This document shows, in pieces, positions 25,953 to 35,382 of a stretch of DNA of 48,193 nucleotides. The stretch's first letter is position 1. Each line of letters begins with the position of its first letter. The notes below the pieces were generated by a model. That model made no database searches, was not told where the DNA came from, and saw only the letters and a list, made by a program, of their open reading frames with translations. Both the position numbers and the translations under genes were made by a program. The stretch covers positions 24,561 to 72,753 of the forward strand of contig JBBIJR010000005.1 in assembly GCA_037445875.1 (NCBI GenBank), in the 5' to 3' direction. Origin of the DNA: Bacteroidota bacterium (GTDB taxonomy: Bacteria > CLD3 > SB21).

Positions 25953-26909
25953 CTAGTTGTGAAAATTGTCCGCCCCGTCCTGTGGAAAACCCAGGACGCC
26001 GGGATTGATGGCCGGTTGATCGTGCTGGGCCATGAGGCGGTTGTAGGATCGCAGCAGAAAACCGGGCAGTACGGTCTTGTACGTGCGCATGAGTTTGTTG
26101 GGATTCTCGAGCGAGCGGACCAGCTCCTCGTATTTCTCCTCACCCATAACCTCGACGATGTGCTCTCGTTCCTTTGGCTCCGTGATGCGCATTAAGATCC
26201 CGCTTTTCTCCGCTTCGGGGTGGAACTGCACAGTTTCGATTTCGCCCGTGTAACGCAGGCCTGTCAGCGCGTCTCCGGCGCCTTCTTCCGTACCCTCGTA
26301 CGACAGGATCTCGATCCCGGCTTCCCGAAGCAAGCGTCGATCAGGGTCGGTGACCTGCCAATCGCGGTTGTCAAACGCGTAGAATTTCTCCTGCAGTCCT
26401 TCGAAGATCGGGTCCCGCCGTCCCTCCGGTGTCTGAAAGATCGGAACGATGCCGAGGTTGCGGACCGTACGGCGGCTGATGCGTGCCACGGCGAACTTCT
26501 TGACCATGAGTTGGAAGGAATGGCAGATGCCGAAAAAGAACTTCTTAGCGTCGCGTGTCTGATTGTGGGCCATGAGATCATCCACGAGACGGAAAAACCG
26601 CACTTCCCACTCAGCGCCCGTATCGTCCAAGGGGCTTCCCGGTCCCCCGGTCGAGATATAGAGATCGTGAGACGTGTCCGGAACCTCGCTGCGGTCGCGC
26701 ACGTGAAAAATGCGGACCTGCAGTTCTGTGTGTGGATGGTACGTGCGGATTCGATAGCCAAAGTCGGAAAGGATCCGCTTGATGTTTCGGACCGCGATAT
26801 TTCGCGCTCCATTGTTCATGTCCAGAACCGCGACCCGGATGCATATTTCCGGCATGCGGTTCAGCGCCTTTTCCCGACTCAGGTATTTGTGAATAGCTTG
26901 TGCGCTCAA
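25953..26909 (-). CDS. Class I glutamine amidotransferase-like protein (stand-alone)
   Basis: Motifs 'STGGPGSP', nucleophile 'GICHSFQ' and 'QFHPE'. The exact start is uncertain. Confidence 0.8.
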   Translation of the reverse strand: MSAQAIHKYLSREKALNRMPEICIRVAVLDMNNGARNIAVRNIKRILSDFGYRIRTYHPHTELQVRIFHVRDRSEVPDTSHDLYISTGGPGSPLDDTGAEWEVRFFRLVDDLMAHNQTRDAKKFFFGICHSFQLMVKKFAVARISRRTVRNLGIVPIFQTPEGRRDPIFEGLQEKFYAFDNRDWQVTDPDRRLLREAGIEILSYEGTEEGAGDALTGLRYTGEIETVQFHPEAEKSGILMRITEPKEREHIVEVMGEEKYEELVRSLENPNKLMRTYKTVLPGFLLRSYNRLMAQHDQPAINPGVLGFPQDGADNFHN

Positions 26910-26928
26910 TATTTATCGCTTTGCTGCT

Positions 26929-27684
26929 CTATGGTACGGTTGTTCGTGCGCGAATTGCCGCGCTCTTTTTCATGGCAAAATAAAGGACAAGGACCGAAAA
27001 AGCAACCCACAAAACCGACCAGAATACCGCTGGCAGCCAGAACAACTGTGCAACGGCATCCGCGTCCGAGTGCGGGAGGCTGTATTCGCTCTTAGGTGCA
27101 CCGAGCGAAAGACGGACCAGGGTAATCACATCCCGGATGGAGTTGAGGGCGGCCTGCACGGCAAGGAAATTCAGCGCATAGAAATTGAACAAGTCGCCGG
27201 TCTTAACGGCTACCATGATGAGAGCGACGGCAAAGCCGGCGCACACGATCATCGTAAAGAGGTCCCGGACATACAGCGCCAGGACGATCAGGAACACGAG
27301 TCCGAGGGCGAAGAGGAGCATGCGAGCCAGCCGCCGGTAGGCGCTCGCTACAATCAAAAGCCCGCCGAACAAAGCCGCTCCCAGGTACCCGGCGCTGGAC
27401 ACAAAACCCTGCGCCAGGCGCCCTCCGGATATTCGGGTCATCGTGTAGCCGCTGGTGTCGGGATTGAGCACGATGCGTCCGACTTCGCCGCCCACCAACC
27501 ATGCGGCCAACGCGTGACCGCCCTCATGGATGAACGTCGTGAAGAATTCGAAGGGCAGCAGGATGCGTCCGACCAGCGGCAAGGAGGAGAGTACCAGCGA
27601 CAGCACGGCCAGCCCAACGATCAGCGCGTTGGCCCGCCAGGTCCCGATCGGGGTCCGACCCGGTTGGGCAGGCGGCATCGTCAT
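26929..27684 (-). CDS. M50B-like membrane metallopeptidase
   Basis: Motifs 'HEGGH', 'SAGYLG' and 'HSDA', plus multiple transmembrane segments. Confidence 0.88.
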   Translation of the reverse strand: MTMPPAQPGRTPIGTWRANALIVGLAVLSLVLSSLPLVGRILLPFEFFTTFIHEGGHALAAWLVGGEVGRIVLNPDTSGYTMTRISGGRLAQGFVSSAGYLGAALFGGLLIVASAYRRLARMLLFALGLVFLIVLALYVRDLFTMIVCAGFAVALIMVAVKTGDLFNFYALNFLAVQAALNSIRDVITLVRLSLGAPKSEYSLPHSDADAVAQLFWLPAVFWSVLWVAFSVLVLYFAMKKSAAIRARTTVP

Positions 27685-29060
27685 GACGGCATCACTTCCG
27701 AAAAGGCGTCCACAAGTTTCAACTGGATGAGGTGCGAGGCCTGCTCGAGATCGATACGGTCGGCCCGCTCGGTGTTTGCGGCCAGCTCATCCAGAATCTC
27801 CTCCTGGATCTTCCCTCGCTTCATGGCCACAGAATACGGCACGCGATGAAACGTCACCATGGAGTATTTCGGTACGAAGCGATCGGGGAACTTCTCCTCC
27901 AGTACGTGCTCGATCTCCTTCTTGAGGATGAACCGGGGATCGGTCACGAGGTCGCGCATTTCATAGAAATTCTCGACGGCCAGGTCGGCGATGGCATCGG
28001 CGTTGGCCTTCCGCAGCCTTTCAAACGAACGAAAGACGTTTTCCCAATCCCGGCCGTGCTGCTCGATGCAACCGTTGAGCACCGTACAATCTTCGAACGC
28101 GCAGTTCATCCCCTGGCCGTAGAAGGGCACGATGGCGTGCGCGGCATCACCCAACAGCAGGGCCTTGTCGTCCACGTGCCACGGATCGCACTTGATGGTC
28201 ACGAGACTCCCGGTGGGGTTAGCAAAGAACTCCTCCGTGAGACGAGGCATCAAAGGCAGCACGTCGGGGAACTGCTCCTGGAAGAACGAAGAGACTTTAT
28301 CCTCCCGGTCCAGACTCTCAAAACTGTTTTCTCCGCTGTACGGATAGAAGAGGGTGCAGGTAAAGCTGCCGTCGAGATTTGGCAGGGCGATGAGCATGTA
28401 CGTCTTGCGCGGCCATATATGCAGGGCATTCTTTTCGATCTGGAACTCTCCCCGCGGGGCCGGCGGAATGAGGAGTTCTTTGTAACCATGTTCCAGGAAT
28501 TGTTGGGAGTAATTGAAACGGCCGACCTTCTGCATGTCCGCCCGTATGGCCGAGGCAGATCCGTCGGTGCCGATCACCGTCTCGCCCGTGACGGTATAGG
28601 TGTGGGCCGTGGTTTCGTCTTTGAGGTACACCAGGCCCTCATCAAAACCCATCCCGATGCAGCGTTGATTGAAATGAAAGTGAATGCCTCCCTGTGCCTC
28701 GGCGAGGTCCATGAGGCGCATATTCAGCTCTCCCCGGGAGACGGCGTTGATCACCTCGCTCTCGTTCTTGCCGTACGGTTGAGAGTGGAGCGTACCGTCG
28801 AGGTGGTGGACCATACGTCCCTTCATCGGGATGGAAATCTTCATAATATCGTCGTAAAGCCCGACTTCCTTCAGTGCATGAATGCCTCGCGTCGACAGCG
28901 CGAGATTGATCGAGCGGCCAGCGCTGATTCTCGTTTTTCGCATGTCCGGCCGCCGTTCGTACACGTCCACCTGAAAGCCCCGGCGCGCGAGGTATACCCC
29001 CAGCAGCGATCCGGCCAGGCCGGCTCCGACCACGATGATTGGTTTGGAGGTTGTTGCCAT
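27681..29060 (-). CDS. kmo: Kynurenine 3-monooxygenase
   Basis: Motifs 'GAGLAG', 'GRSINLALSTRG', 'LHIWPR' and 'GDAAHAIVPFYGQGMNCAFED'. Adjacent to kynU. Confidence 0.93.
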   Translation of the reverse strand: MATTSKPIIVVGAGLAGSLLGVYLARRGFQVDVYERRPDMRKTRISAGRSINLALSTRGIHALKEVGLYDDIMKISIPMKGRMVHHLDGTLHSQPYGKNESEVINAVSRGELNMRLMDLAEAQGGIHFHFNQRCIGMGFDEGLVYLKDETTAHTYTVTGETVIGTDGSASAIRADMQKVGRFNYSQQFLEHGYKELLIPPAPRGEFQIEKNALHIWPRKTYMLIALPNLDGSFTCTLFYPYSGENSFESLDREDKVSSFFQEQFPDVLPLMPRLTEEFFANPTGSLVTIKCDPWHVDDKALLLGDAAHAIVPFYGQGMNCAFEDCTVLNGCIEQHGRDWENVFRSFERLRKANADAIADLAVENFYEMRDLVTDPRFILKKEIEHVLEEKFPDRFVPKYSMVTFHRVPYSVAMKRGKIQEEILDELAANTERADRIDLEQASHLIQLKLVDAFSEVMPS

Positions 29061-29069
29061 GGTGGTTCC

Positions 29070-30332
29070 TTATACGTATGACTTGAGAATCTGAACGAAA
29101 CGGTAAACATCCAGGAATGAATTGTACAGCGGTACAGGGGCCACGCGAATCACGTCGGGCTCCCGCCAATCGCACACTACGCCCTGTCCGGCCAACGCCT
29201 GATGCACGATCCGTCCGTTGCGAGGCACGACGAGCGAGAGCTGACAACCGCGCTGCGGCCGGTCCCGCGGCGTCAGGCACCGGATGCGCCCACCCAGCTC
29301 GTCCAGCAGGTATTCGAGGTACGCCGTGAGGCGTTCGCTCTTAGCACGCAGGTTCTCCATTCCGGCCTCGTCGAACACATCGAGCGACGCCTTGAGCGCA
29401 GCCAGTTGAAAGATCGGCGGATTGCTCAACTGCCATCCCTCCGCCGTCGGGATGGCCGTGAAGACGTCCGGCATGAGAAAACGCGTCTCCTTGTCGTGAC
29501 CCCACCAACCGGCAAAGCGCGGCAGATCGGTCCGCCGCACGTGGCGGTCGTGAACGAAACACCCGGCGATTGCGCCGGGACCGGCGTTGAGATACTTATA
29601 ACTGCACCATACGGCAAAATCGACGTCCCACTCGTGCAGTCTCAACAGCAGATTGCCCGCCGCGTGGGCGAGATCGAATCCGACCGAACAACCTCGCGCA
29701 TGACCGGCACGTACGATACGCTCCATATCGAACGCCTGTCCTGTGTAATAATTGACGCCGCCGAACAGGATCAGAGCAATCGACGACCCCTCACGGGCGA
29801 TCAAGTCTTCGATGTCCTCCGTACGCAGCGTTGCTTCTCCGGACCGGGGGACGGGAATCAGCAGCGTGTCGGACGGATCGAATCCGTGGAACCGAATCTG
29901 GGACTCCACGGCATACCGGTCCGACGGAAAAGCCCCGGGTTCGATCAGAATCTTACGTCGGTCCCGTGTCGGCCGGTAAAACGTGACCATCATCAGGTGC
30001 AGGTTGACCGTCAGGGAATTCATGTTCACCACTTCCGACGGCTGAGCGCCCACGAGCCTCGCCGTTTGTTCTGTCAGGAATTCGTGATACGGCAGCCACG
30101 GTCGTTTGGCGTGAAAATGGCCCTCCACGCCTAACCTCGCCCAGTCGTCGAGTTCCTGCTCGACCATCGCGCGAGCCGCTGCCGGCTGCAAACCGAGCGA
30201 ATTCCCGCAGAAGTAAATGCACTCCGTACCGTCGGTCCGGCGAGGGATGAGAAAGCGCCGACGATAACCGGCCATAGGGTCGTCGGTGTCGAGCGCATGG
30301 GCGAACGCTTCGTCGGTCCGGAACTCAGTCAT
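29070..30332 (-). CDS. kynU: Kynureninase
   Basis: Motifs 'YFCGNSLGLQP', 'FDLAHAAGN', PLP lysine in 'WCSYKYLNAGPG' and 'IRVAPVPLYN'. Confidence 0.95.
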   Translation of the reverse strand: MTEFRTDEAFAHALDTDDPMAGYRRRFLIPRRTDGTECIYFCGNSLGLQPAAARAMVEQELDDWARLGVEGHFHAKRPWLPYHEFLTEQTARLVGAQPSEVVNMNSLTVNLHLMMVTFYRPTRDRRKILIEPGAFPSDRYAVESQIRFHGFDPSDTLLIPVPRSGEATLRTEDIEDLIAREGSSIALILFGGVNYYTGQAFDMERIVRAGHARGCSVGFDLAHAAGNLLLRLHEWDVDFAVWCSYKYLNAGPGAIAGCFVHDRHVRRTDLPRFAGWWGHDKETRFLMPDVFTAIPTAEGWQLSNPPIFQLAALKASLDVFDEAGMENLRAKSERLTAYLEYLLDELGGRIRCLTPRDRPQRGCQLSLVVPRNGRIVHQALAGQGVVCDWREPDVIRVAPVPLYNSFLDVYRFVQILKSYV

Positions 30333-30877
30333 GGGGCCTCCGCGGGCACGTGCGGTGAACGGATCTGTACCAGATATCGCGTTCGAACGTCGTTGAAGAA
30401 GCGGATCACATCCGGCTGGCGCAGATCGGGGAATGTCCACGCAACCGGTTCGAAGGTATGCTTGCGGAACATCAGTTGGAGATCGGCGTAGATGCCGTGT
30501 CCGATGTGCACTCGGTGGGCCAGGTTCTTTGCGGTGGCCATCACGAGCTTGGCATCGGCAAGGTACCCGGGATCGATGTTCACCGAACGCCGGCCGTCCC
30601 GCACAAAACGACGTTCCAGTTCATTGCTCCATATCTTGTGATCCGGTATCGTGTCGGCCTCCACGAGCCGTCCGAATGCGACGTACATTTTCTTCAATCC
30701 GGCGCCGAACTCTTCCACATAGTAGGTCGTTTGGACGAAATCGAACGGCTGGCCGGTGAAATCCGTCGGTCCCCAATGATCGTCGACCCGCTGCAGCACT
30801 TCGGACATAGGAACGGACGCGTTCCACATCACTCCGCAGACCAGTTTGACGGGGACCGGAGGATGAATCTCACTCAT
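30329..30877 (-). CDS. DUF4416 family protein
   Basis: Motifs 'TTYYVEEFG', 'VNIDPGYL', 'MATAKNLAHRVHIGHGIYA' and 'WTFPDL'. Confidence 0.85.
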   Translation of the reverse strand: MSEIHPPVPVKLVCGVMWNASVPMSEVLQRVDDHWGPTDFTGQPFDFVQTTYYVEEFGAGLKKMYVAFGRLVEADTIPDHKIWSNELERRFVRDGRRSVNIDPGYLADAKLVMATAKNLAHRVHIGHGIYADLQLMFRKHTFEPVAWTFPDLRQPDVIRFFNDVRTRYLVQIRSPHVPAEAP

Positions 30878-30885
30878 GATGGGAA

Positions 30886-30914
30886 AAAGTACCACGCGGA
30901 AGGTTGAAATGCCA
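30886..30914 (-). promoter_or_regulatory. Putative sigma70-type promoter for the DUF4416-kynU-kmo run, near-leaderless
   Basis: Minus strand reads TGGCAT-N17-TACTTT with a TG extended -10. ATG 30877 is 8 nt downstream. Confidence 0.4.
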
Positions 30915-30964
30915 CCAATAAAAAACGTTGCGGGCCTCCGTCTCCCGAGGCACACGAGCCCGGA

Positions 30965-31723
30965 TCAGAGACCCGCTCCGGGCGTATTGAGAAACGGAAC
31001 CATGATCCGATTGGCCGTTTCCAGGTCCTCGGGCGTGTCGATCTCTATGCATCGGTGAGGAAACGTGTCGAGCATGCGAACCGATTCTCCCGCGTCGATG
31101 AGTTCCTGAAAGGACGCCTCGTAGTACTCGCCTCTTCGCCCCTCGCGATTCATTCGCCGGTCGAGTACGTCGAACAGCTTATGCGTGAAGTCGGGTGTAA
31201 ACTTCTCGATTCCGATAGACTCACCTTGGCAGGCAAGCGGATCGAGTGTCTTGGCGAGCGCGACGATGCGGCCGTTGCTGTCGACCATGACTTTCATTTC
31301 TTCGGTTCCCAGATGGTCCGAACGCCGCACGGCGAGGTAGTTGTGATCGGAGCGGGCGGCCATCAGCGATTCCAGGAGACTCTTTTCGAAAAGAACGTCG
31401 CCGTCCATCAAAACCATGCCTTCGCCGGAAAAGGCGCGACCGGCATGCCAGAGAGAGTAACTGTTGTTGGTGGATGCGTAGTCGTCGTTGCGGATGAACT
31501 GCACGCGAACGTCCGGAAATCGTTCCCGGAAGAAACGCAGGAAGTGGTCCTCGCGGTAACCTGTGACGACGACGAATTCCGTGATGCCGCACGCCTTTGC
31601 CGCCTCGATCGACCAGGCGAGCAACGGTTTCCCGTTGACGGGGAGAAGTGCCTTCGGCGTGCGATCCGTCAAGGGGCGGAGACGCTGTCCGACACCGGCG
31701 ACGAGGTAGACGGCCTTAAACAT
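30965..31723 (-). CDS. Phosphocholine cytidylyltransferase family (LicC-like) NTP transferase
   Basis: Motifs 'LVAGVGQRLRPLTDRTPKALL', 'NDDYASTNNSYSL', 'MDGDVLF', 'EEMKV', 'GESIGIEK' and 'IEIDTPEDL'. Confidence 0.88.
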   Translation of the reverse strand: MFKAVYLVAGVGQRLRPLTDRTPKALLPVNGKPLLAWSIEAAKACGITEFVVVTGYREDHFLRFFRERFPDVRVQFIRNDDYASTNNSYSLWHAGRAFSGEGMVLMDGDVLFEKSLLESLMAARSDHNYLAVRRSDHLGTEEMKVMVDSNGRIVALAKTLDPLACQGESIGIEKFTPDFTHKLFDVLDRRMNREGRRGEYYEASFQELIDAGESVRMLDTFPHRCIEIDTPEDLETANRIMVPFLNTPGAGL

Positions 31724-32591
31724 GACCGGTTCTGGCCATCATGGTTCTGAGAATCTGCCGCTGGTACAGCCAGAGCCCGATGGCCCACAGGTTGCCAAAT
31801 ACGATGCTGTAGTAGAAAAATACCATGAGGCTCTCCGTGCAGGCGGTTGCGATGAGGACGGAGTAATAGGTCGTTGGGCCGAGAAAGCTCCACAGGCGAA
31901 TGGCCAGCCGGTTGGCCTCGGCGTACACGGCCGGGTCGTGGGTCTGCGGTTCACCTCGTCCGCCGTTCTGCAAGCGCAAGTACCACAGGTAACAGCGGAT
32001 CAGGGTCCTCTCGAAATACGATCCTCGTTCCCGGCGCAGGCGCTCCAGTTCTTCTTCAAATACGCGCAGTTCTTCCTCGATTGAATTGACCTTCCCAAGT
32101 GCTCGCGCCATGTATTCGCTGCGGTAGTAGTCGAAAAGCATCGAGTGCAGAATGGCGCTGATGCCCGCCGCAACGGCGAGGAACCACGGATGATACGGCA
32201 CGGCAAGGAAACCCCGGTTCAGTCCAAATCCGAGGCCGAGGTATAATGCGATGTTCATGATATAGTCTCCCGCCCCGTCGATGATGCGGCCGATCCTCGA
32301 TCCGCTCCCTTTCAGGCGCGCCAGCATGCCGTCCGCGCAATCGAGAACATTAGCCGCGGCGAGGACCGCCGCTCCGCCGACCATCGCCCTTTGCGTTCCG
32401 GCGCCAAAACAAGCCCCCGCCGAAACGCCCAGGCCGATCGACAGGAATGTCAACTGATTCGGCGTCAGGGAGGATCGGTAGACCAGCTTGACGAGAAGAA
32501 ACGCAAGGGGGCGGAACACAAAGAGATCCAATACCTCTTCCACCTGCGGATGTTTGAGCGACTGCCGGTACTCAGCGAGCCACGTCCGCAT
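31716..32591 (-). CDS. CDP-alcohol phosphatidyltransferase family protein
   Basis: 'TPNQLT' and the family motif 'DCADGMLAR...GRIIDGAGD', plus hydrophobic segments. Confidence 0.9.
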   Translation of the reverse strand: MRTWLAEYRQSLKHPQVEEVLDLFVFRPLAFLLVKLVYRSSLTPNQLTFLSIGLGVSAGACFGAGTQRAMVGGAAVLAAANVLDCADGMLARLKGSGSRIGRIIDGAGDYIMNIALYLGLGFGLNRGFLAVPYHPWFLAVAAGISAILHSMLFDYYRSEYMARALGKVNSIEEELRVFEEELERLRRERGSYFERTLIRCYLWYLRLQNGGRGEPQTHDPAVYAEANRLAIRLWSFLGPTTYYSVLIATACTESLMVFFYYSIVFGNLWAIGLWLYQRQILRTMMARTGHV

Positions 32592-33633
32592 GGTCTTTTC
32601 CGATACGGTCCGCCACGGCCTTGAGGGAGTCCAGCACCAGACGATTCTGCTCCGGCTTTCCAAGGCTGATTCGCACGTGGTCCTTGAGAAGAGAGTCGGC
32701 GAAGAACTTGATCTTGATATGAAGTGAATCCAGCCGGGCCTTGAGGAGGTCGGTCATCGCTGGATCGAGTTTGACCAGCAGAAAATTGGCATCCGACCGG
32801 TAGCAGGTGATGCCCGGATAGACCGCCAGTTCGCTGTAGAAGGCGTTCTTGTCCTCGCTCATCAGGTCCGCGATACGCCGGTAATGTTCCGGGTGGTCCA
32901 TGGCCGCGAGGACCAATCGTTCACTGAGCTGGTTGTAGCCAAGGTAGAGGGTTGTGTATCGGGCGAACTCCCTGAATCGCTCGCTGATGGCGGCATATCC
33001 CATCCGCACGCCGGCCAGACCGTAATACTTCGAGAAGGACCGGCAGATCATGACGTTGTCGAATTCCGTAACGAGGGATTTGACGTAGGCAGACTCCAGG
33101 GAGTGATATCCCCAGTAGGCCTCGTCCACCACTACGACCGACTGTTTGAAATGCCTCAACAACTCACGCAGCATCTCGATCGGCATGACATGGCCCGTAG
33201 GGTTGTTCGGAGACGCCACAAACACCACCCGTGGCTGATGGAGTTCGTACACTCTGAGCATGTCTTCCATCCGGTAGTGGAACGTCCGGCCGTCGGGAAA
33301 CACGCGGTATGTGCACGTGGGCGCTCCGACTTCTTTTCCGATGGCGCCGTAGTACCACCACGACACTTCGGGAACCATCAGGAATTGTCCCTCGCTGAGG
33401 TGATGGTGGACGGCCATTTTGAGAAGCGACTCCGTCCCGTAACCCAGAAGGACGTTGCTTTCGGGCAGCCCGAGCCACTCTGCCAGACGCTCCGACACGC
33501 GGCTCTTGACTCCGCGATCGTAATCTCGCGTGTAGTGAGTGAGGTGTTCGGCGGCGATGGATCGGAGAATTTCCATGCATGCTTCGGGCGGATCGTACTG
33601 GCTCTCGTTGCGATCCAGATAGATGGTTTTCAT
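32572..33633 (-). CDS. Fold-type I PLP enzyme (HisC/CobD-like aminotransferase or decarboxylase)
   Basis: Motifs 'LDRNESQY', 'SPNNPTG', 'DEAY' and the PLP lysine in 'RSFSKYYGLAGVRMGY'. Confidence 0.88.
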   Translation of the reverse strand: MKTIYLDRNESQYDPPEACMEILRSIAAEHLTHYTRDYDRGVKSRVSERLAEWLGLPESNVLLGYGTESLLKMAVHHHLSEGQFLMVPEVSWWYYGAIGKEVGAPTCTYRVFPDGRTFHYRMEDMLRVYELHQPRVVFVASPNNPTGHVMPIEMLRELLRHFKQSVVVVDEAYWGYHSLESAYVKSLVTEFDNVMICRSFSKYYGLAGVRMGYAAISERFREFARYTTLYLGYNQLSERLVLAAMDHPEHYRRIADLMSEDKNAFYSELAVYPGITCYRSDANFLLVKLDPAMTDLLKARLDSLHIKIKFFADSLLKDHVRISLGKPEQNRLVLDSLKAVADRIGKDHADVAR

Positions 33634-33844
33634 AGGCCACCCCCTGTCAGGGCCGTGCGACGGACGCCGGCATTGGATTGAAAGATCGGACGTTGATTCA
33701 TCTATATCCAGCGCGCCAAGTTCTCCCCGCCGTTCCGCACGAGGCGGAAGTATTCATCGGGGCTCGGCATGTCGGGATGAAATGCTTGGGATAAAGTAGG
33801 CGTTGCGTGTGTAATAAGCCACGAAATTCCGCTCAGAGGAGTTC

Positions 33845-33890
33845 AAAAAAAAGAATGCGTCGTCCCTTCTTCCGAAAGGATGACGCATTC
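33845..33890 (-). terminator. Rho-independent terminator of rpmB
   Basis: Minus strand GAATGCGTCATCC...GGACGACGCATTC hairpin followed by U8, about 20 nt after the rpmB stop. Confidence 0.88.
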
Positions 33891-33911
33891 CAAGGTGGCT
33901 GGTCGCAGGGC

Positions 33912-34100
33912 TCAGGCAGCCTTCGAAACACGGCCGGACTTGATGCACTGGGTGCACACCTTGATGCGCTTCATGCCGCCATTGACCTTGGCGCGAACTT
34001 CCTGCAGATTGGGCAGCCAGCGGCGCTTGGTCTTGTTGTTGGCATGACTCACGCTGTGTCCGTACATGGGGCTCTTCCCGCAAATCTCACAACGCTTCAT
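33912..34100 (-). CDS. rpmB: 50S ribosomal protein L28 (zinc-ribbon, CxxC...CxxC form)
   Basis: Sequence '[33 protein letters not shown]...VCTQCIKSG' with an AGGAG RBS. Confidence 0.96.
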   Translation of the reverse strand: MKRCEICGKSPMYGHSVSHANNKTKRRWLPNLQEVRAKVNGGMKRIKVCTQCIKSGRVSKAA

Positions 34101-34148
34101 GGCAAAAGCACTCCTGATACTGAATTTCTCAGTTTCCAAAATCGGCCA

Positions 34149-34177
34149 ATGATACTCAACGGGCGATATAAATGCAA
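34149..34177 (-). promoter_or_regulatory. Sigma70 promoter of rpmB
   Basis: Minus strand reads TTGCAT-N17-TATCAT, about 50 nt upstream of the start. Confidence 0.75.
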
Positions 34178-34787
34178 GTACTATTTTTCTCGACATGGCG
34201 GCCCGATACAATGGAAAATAAGGGGTTAAGAGCAGGTGACGAGCAATACAATCGACGCAGGAAGCGGATGACCGATGGGTCATCCCTCTTGGCACTGGTG
34301 AGCTTTCGGTAGACAATCCTTCCTGCGGAATCCGCAATGAACGTGGAGGGATACGATCCTGTGGAGAATACTTCCGGCTTCGTCCTGTCACAAACATAAA
34401 AGGGCAAGGTAAGGCGGTTTCTATTAACAAAGGATCGAACCGTTGTGTCGGACTCGTCCGAAACTAAAAAAAGGCAATCGTCGTATCCGATGCGAGCGAG
34501 TCATACAGTCGCTGCAGGTTCGGCAGTTCGGCGCGGCACGGGCCGCACCAGGTGGCCCAGAGGTTGATGAACAATTTCTTCCCGCGGAAGCGGTCCAGGG
34601 AGAACTCCGTTCCATTGAGACCGCGAAGTCGCCATTCGTAATCAACCCGACCGATGGGCGCAACGCGCTCAGGCAGCTCGGGAGGGATTCTCTCGTAGTT
34701 TCTCTTGCACCCCGCCAGCGCGAAGAGACAGAGGCCCGCGATGGCAAAGACGTGGAGTGAGACGCGCGCACCCGCGACTCTGTCTAC
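34156..34787 (-). pseudogene. TlpA/ResA-family thioredoxin-like lipoprotein, frameshifted at a T7 tract
   Basis: Contains a 'LAGC' lipobox and 'FINLWATWCGPCRAELP', and stops at 'IAFF*'. One extra T restores '[18 protein letters not shown]...[15 protein letters not shown]'. There is no in-frame start before the signal peptide. Confidence 0.75.
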
Positions 34788-34794
34788 ATAGCTG

Positions 34795-35196
34795 TCATCT
34801 TTTCTTTCGAGCCGCCTTTCTTGTTCTGCCCGGCCGGATCTTCCCGCTCGATGCCGTGTGCGGCCGATCGTGCCGGGGCTGATAAACTTCGAGTTTACCT
34901 CCGCCGGGCAGGGAAAGCCGGGTGAGGATACCCCACCCCATGTTCCTGGCAGGCGTGCAGCGAATGCCGCGAGTGGCCATCTCCTGTACAAAAGCCTCCA
35001 CATCGTCGCACATCAGGTAGAATTCGTGGACGTCATTCCGCTCGGCCGGATGTACGGCCACTTCCGAGGGCGGCAGGCCGAAGATCAGCCATCCGTCTCC
35101 CACGTCGACGTGTGGGAACTTGAGCACATCGCGGAAAAACGCTCGGTCCGTTTCCGGATTTATGCTGTAGATGATCGCATGGGTTCCCGTGATCAT
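34795..35196 (-). CDS. VOC/glyoxalase family protein
   Basis: Motifs 'MITGTHAIIYS...DRAFFRDVL', 'SEVAVHP', 'EFYLMCDD' and 'GWGILT...GGGKLEVYQP', with a GGAG RBS. Confidence 0.88.
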   Translation of the reverse strand: MITGTHAIIYSINPETDRAFFRDVLKFPHVDVGDGWLIFGLPPSEVAVHPAERNDVHEFYLMCDDVEAFVQEMATRGIRCTPARNMGWGILTRLSLPGGGKLEVYQPRHDRPHTASSGKIRPGRTRKAARKKR

Positions 35197-35382
35197 GGTT
35201 GGCTCCTCCAATGGGTCCGTTCATTTCACGAATATGAATGCCTGATCGAGGGTGACTCCGCCCTTGTTCTTGGAGACTCCCCAGCTGCGGAGCCCGTTAG
35301 GATTCAACGTCATCGTCAGTTCGAGTCTCCCGGTCAGTTGTCCTTCCACAGGGATTAGCTATTTCCCAGGCCCGAATCGGGG

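Noticed and set aside
27732-29081. 449-aa plus-strand ORF
   Set aside because: Mirror of kmo with no independent coding evidence.
33912-34430. 172-aa N-terminally extended L28
   Set aside because: The RBS and promoter lie directly upstream of ATG 34100, so the extension is a read-back artefact.
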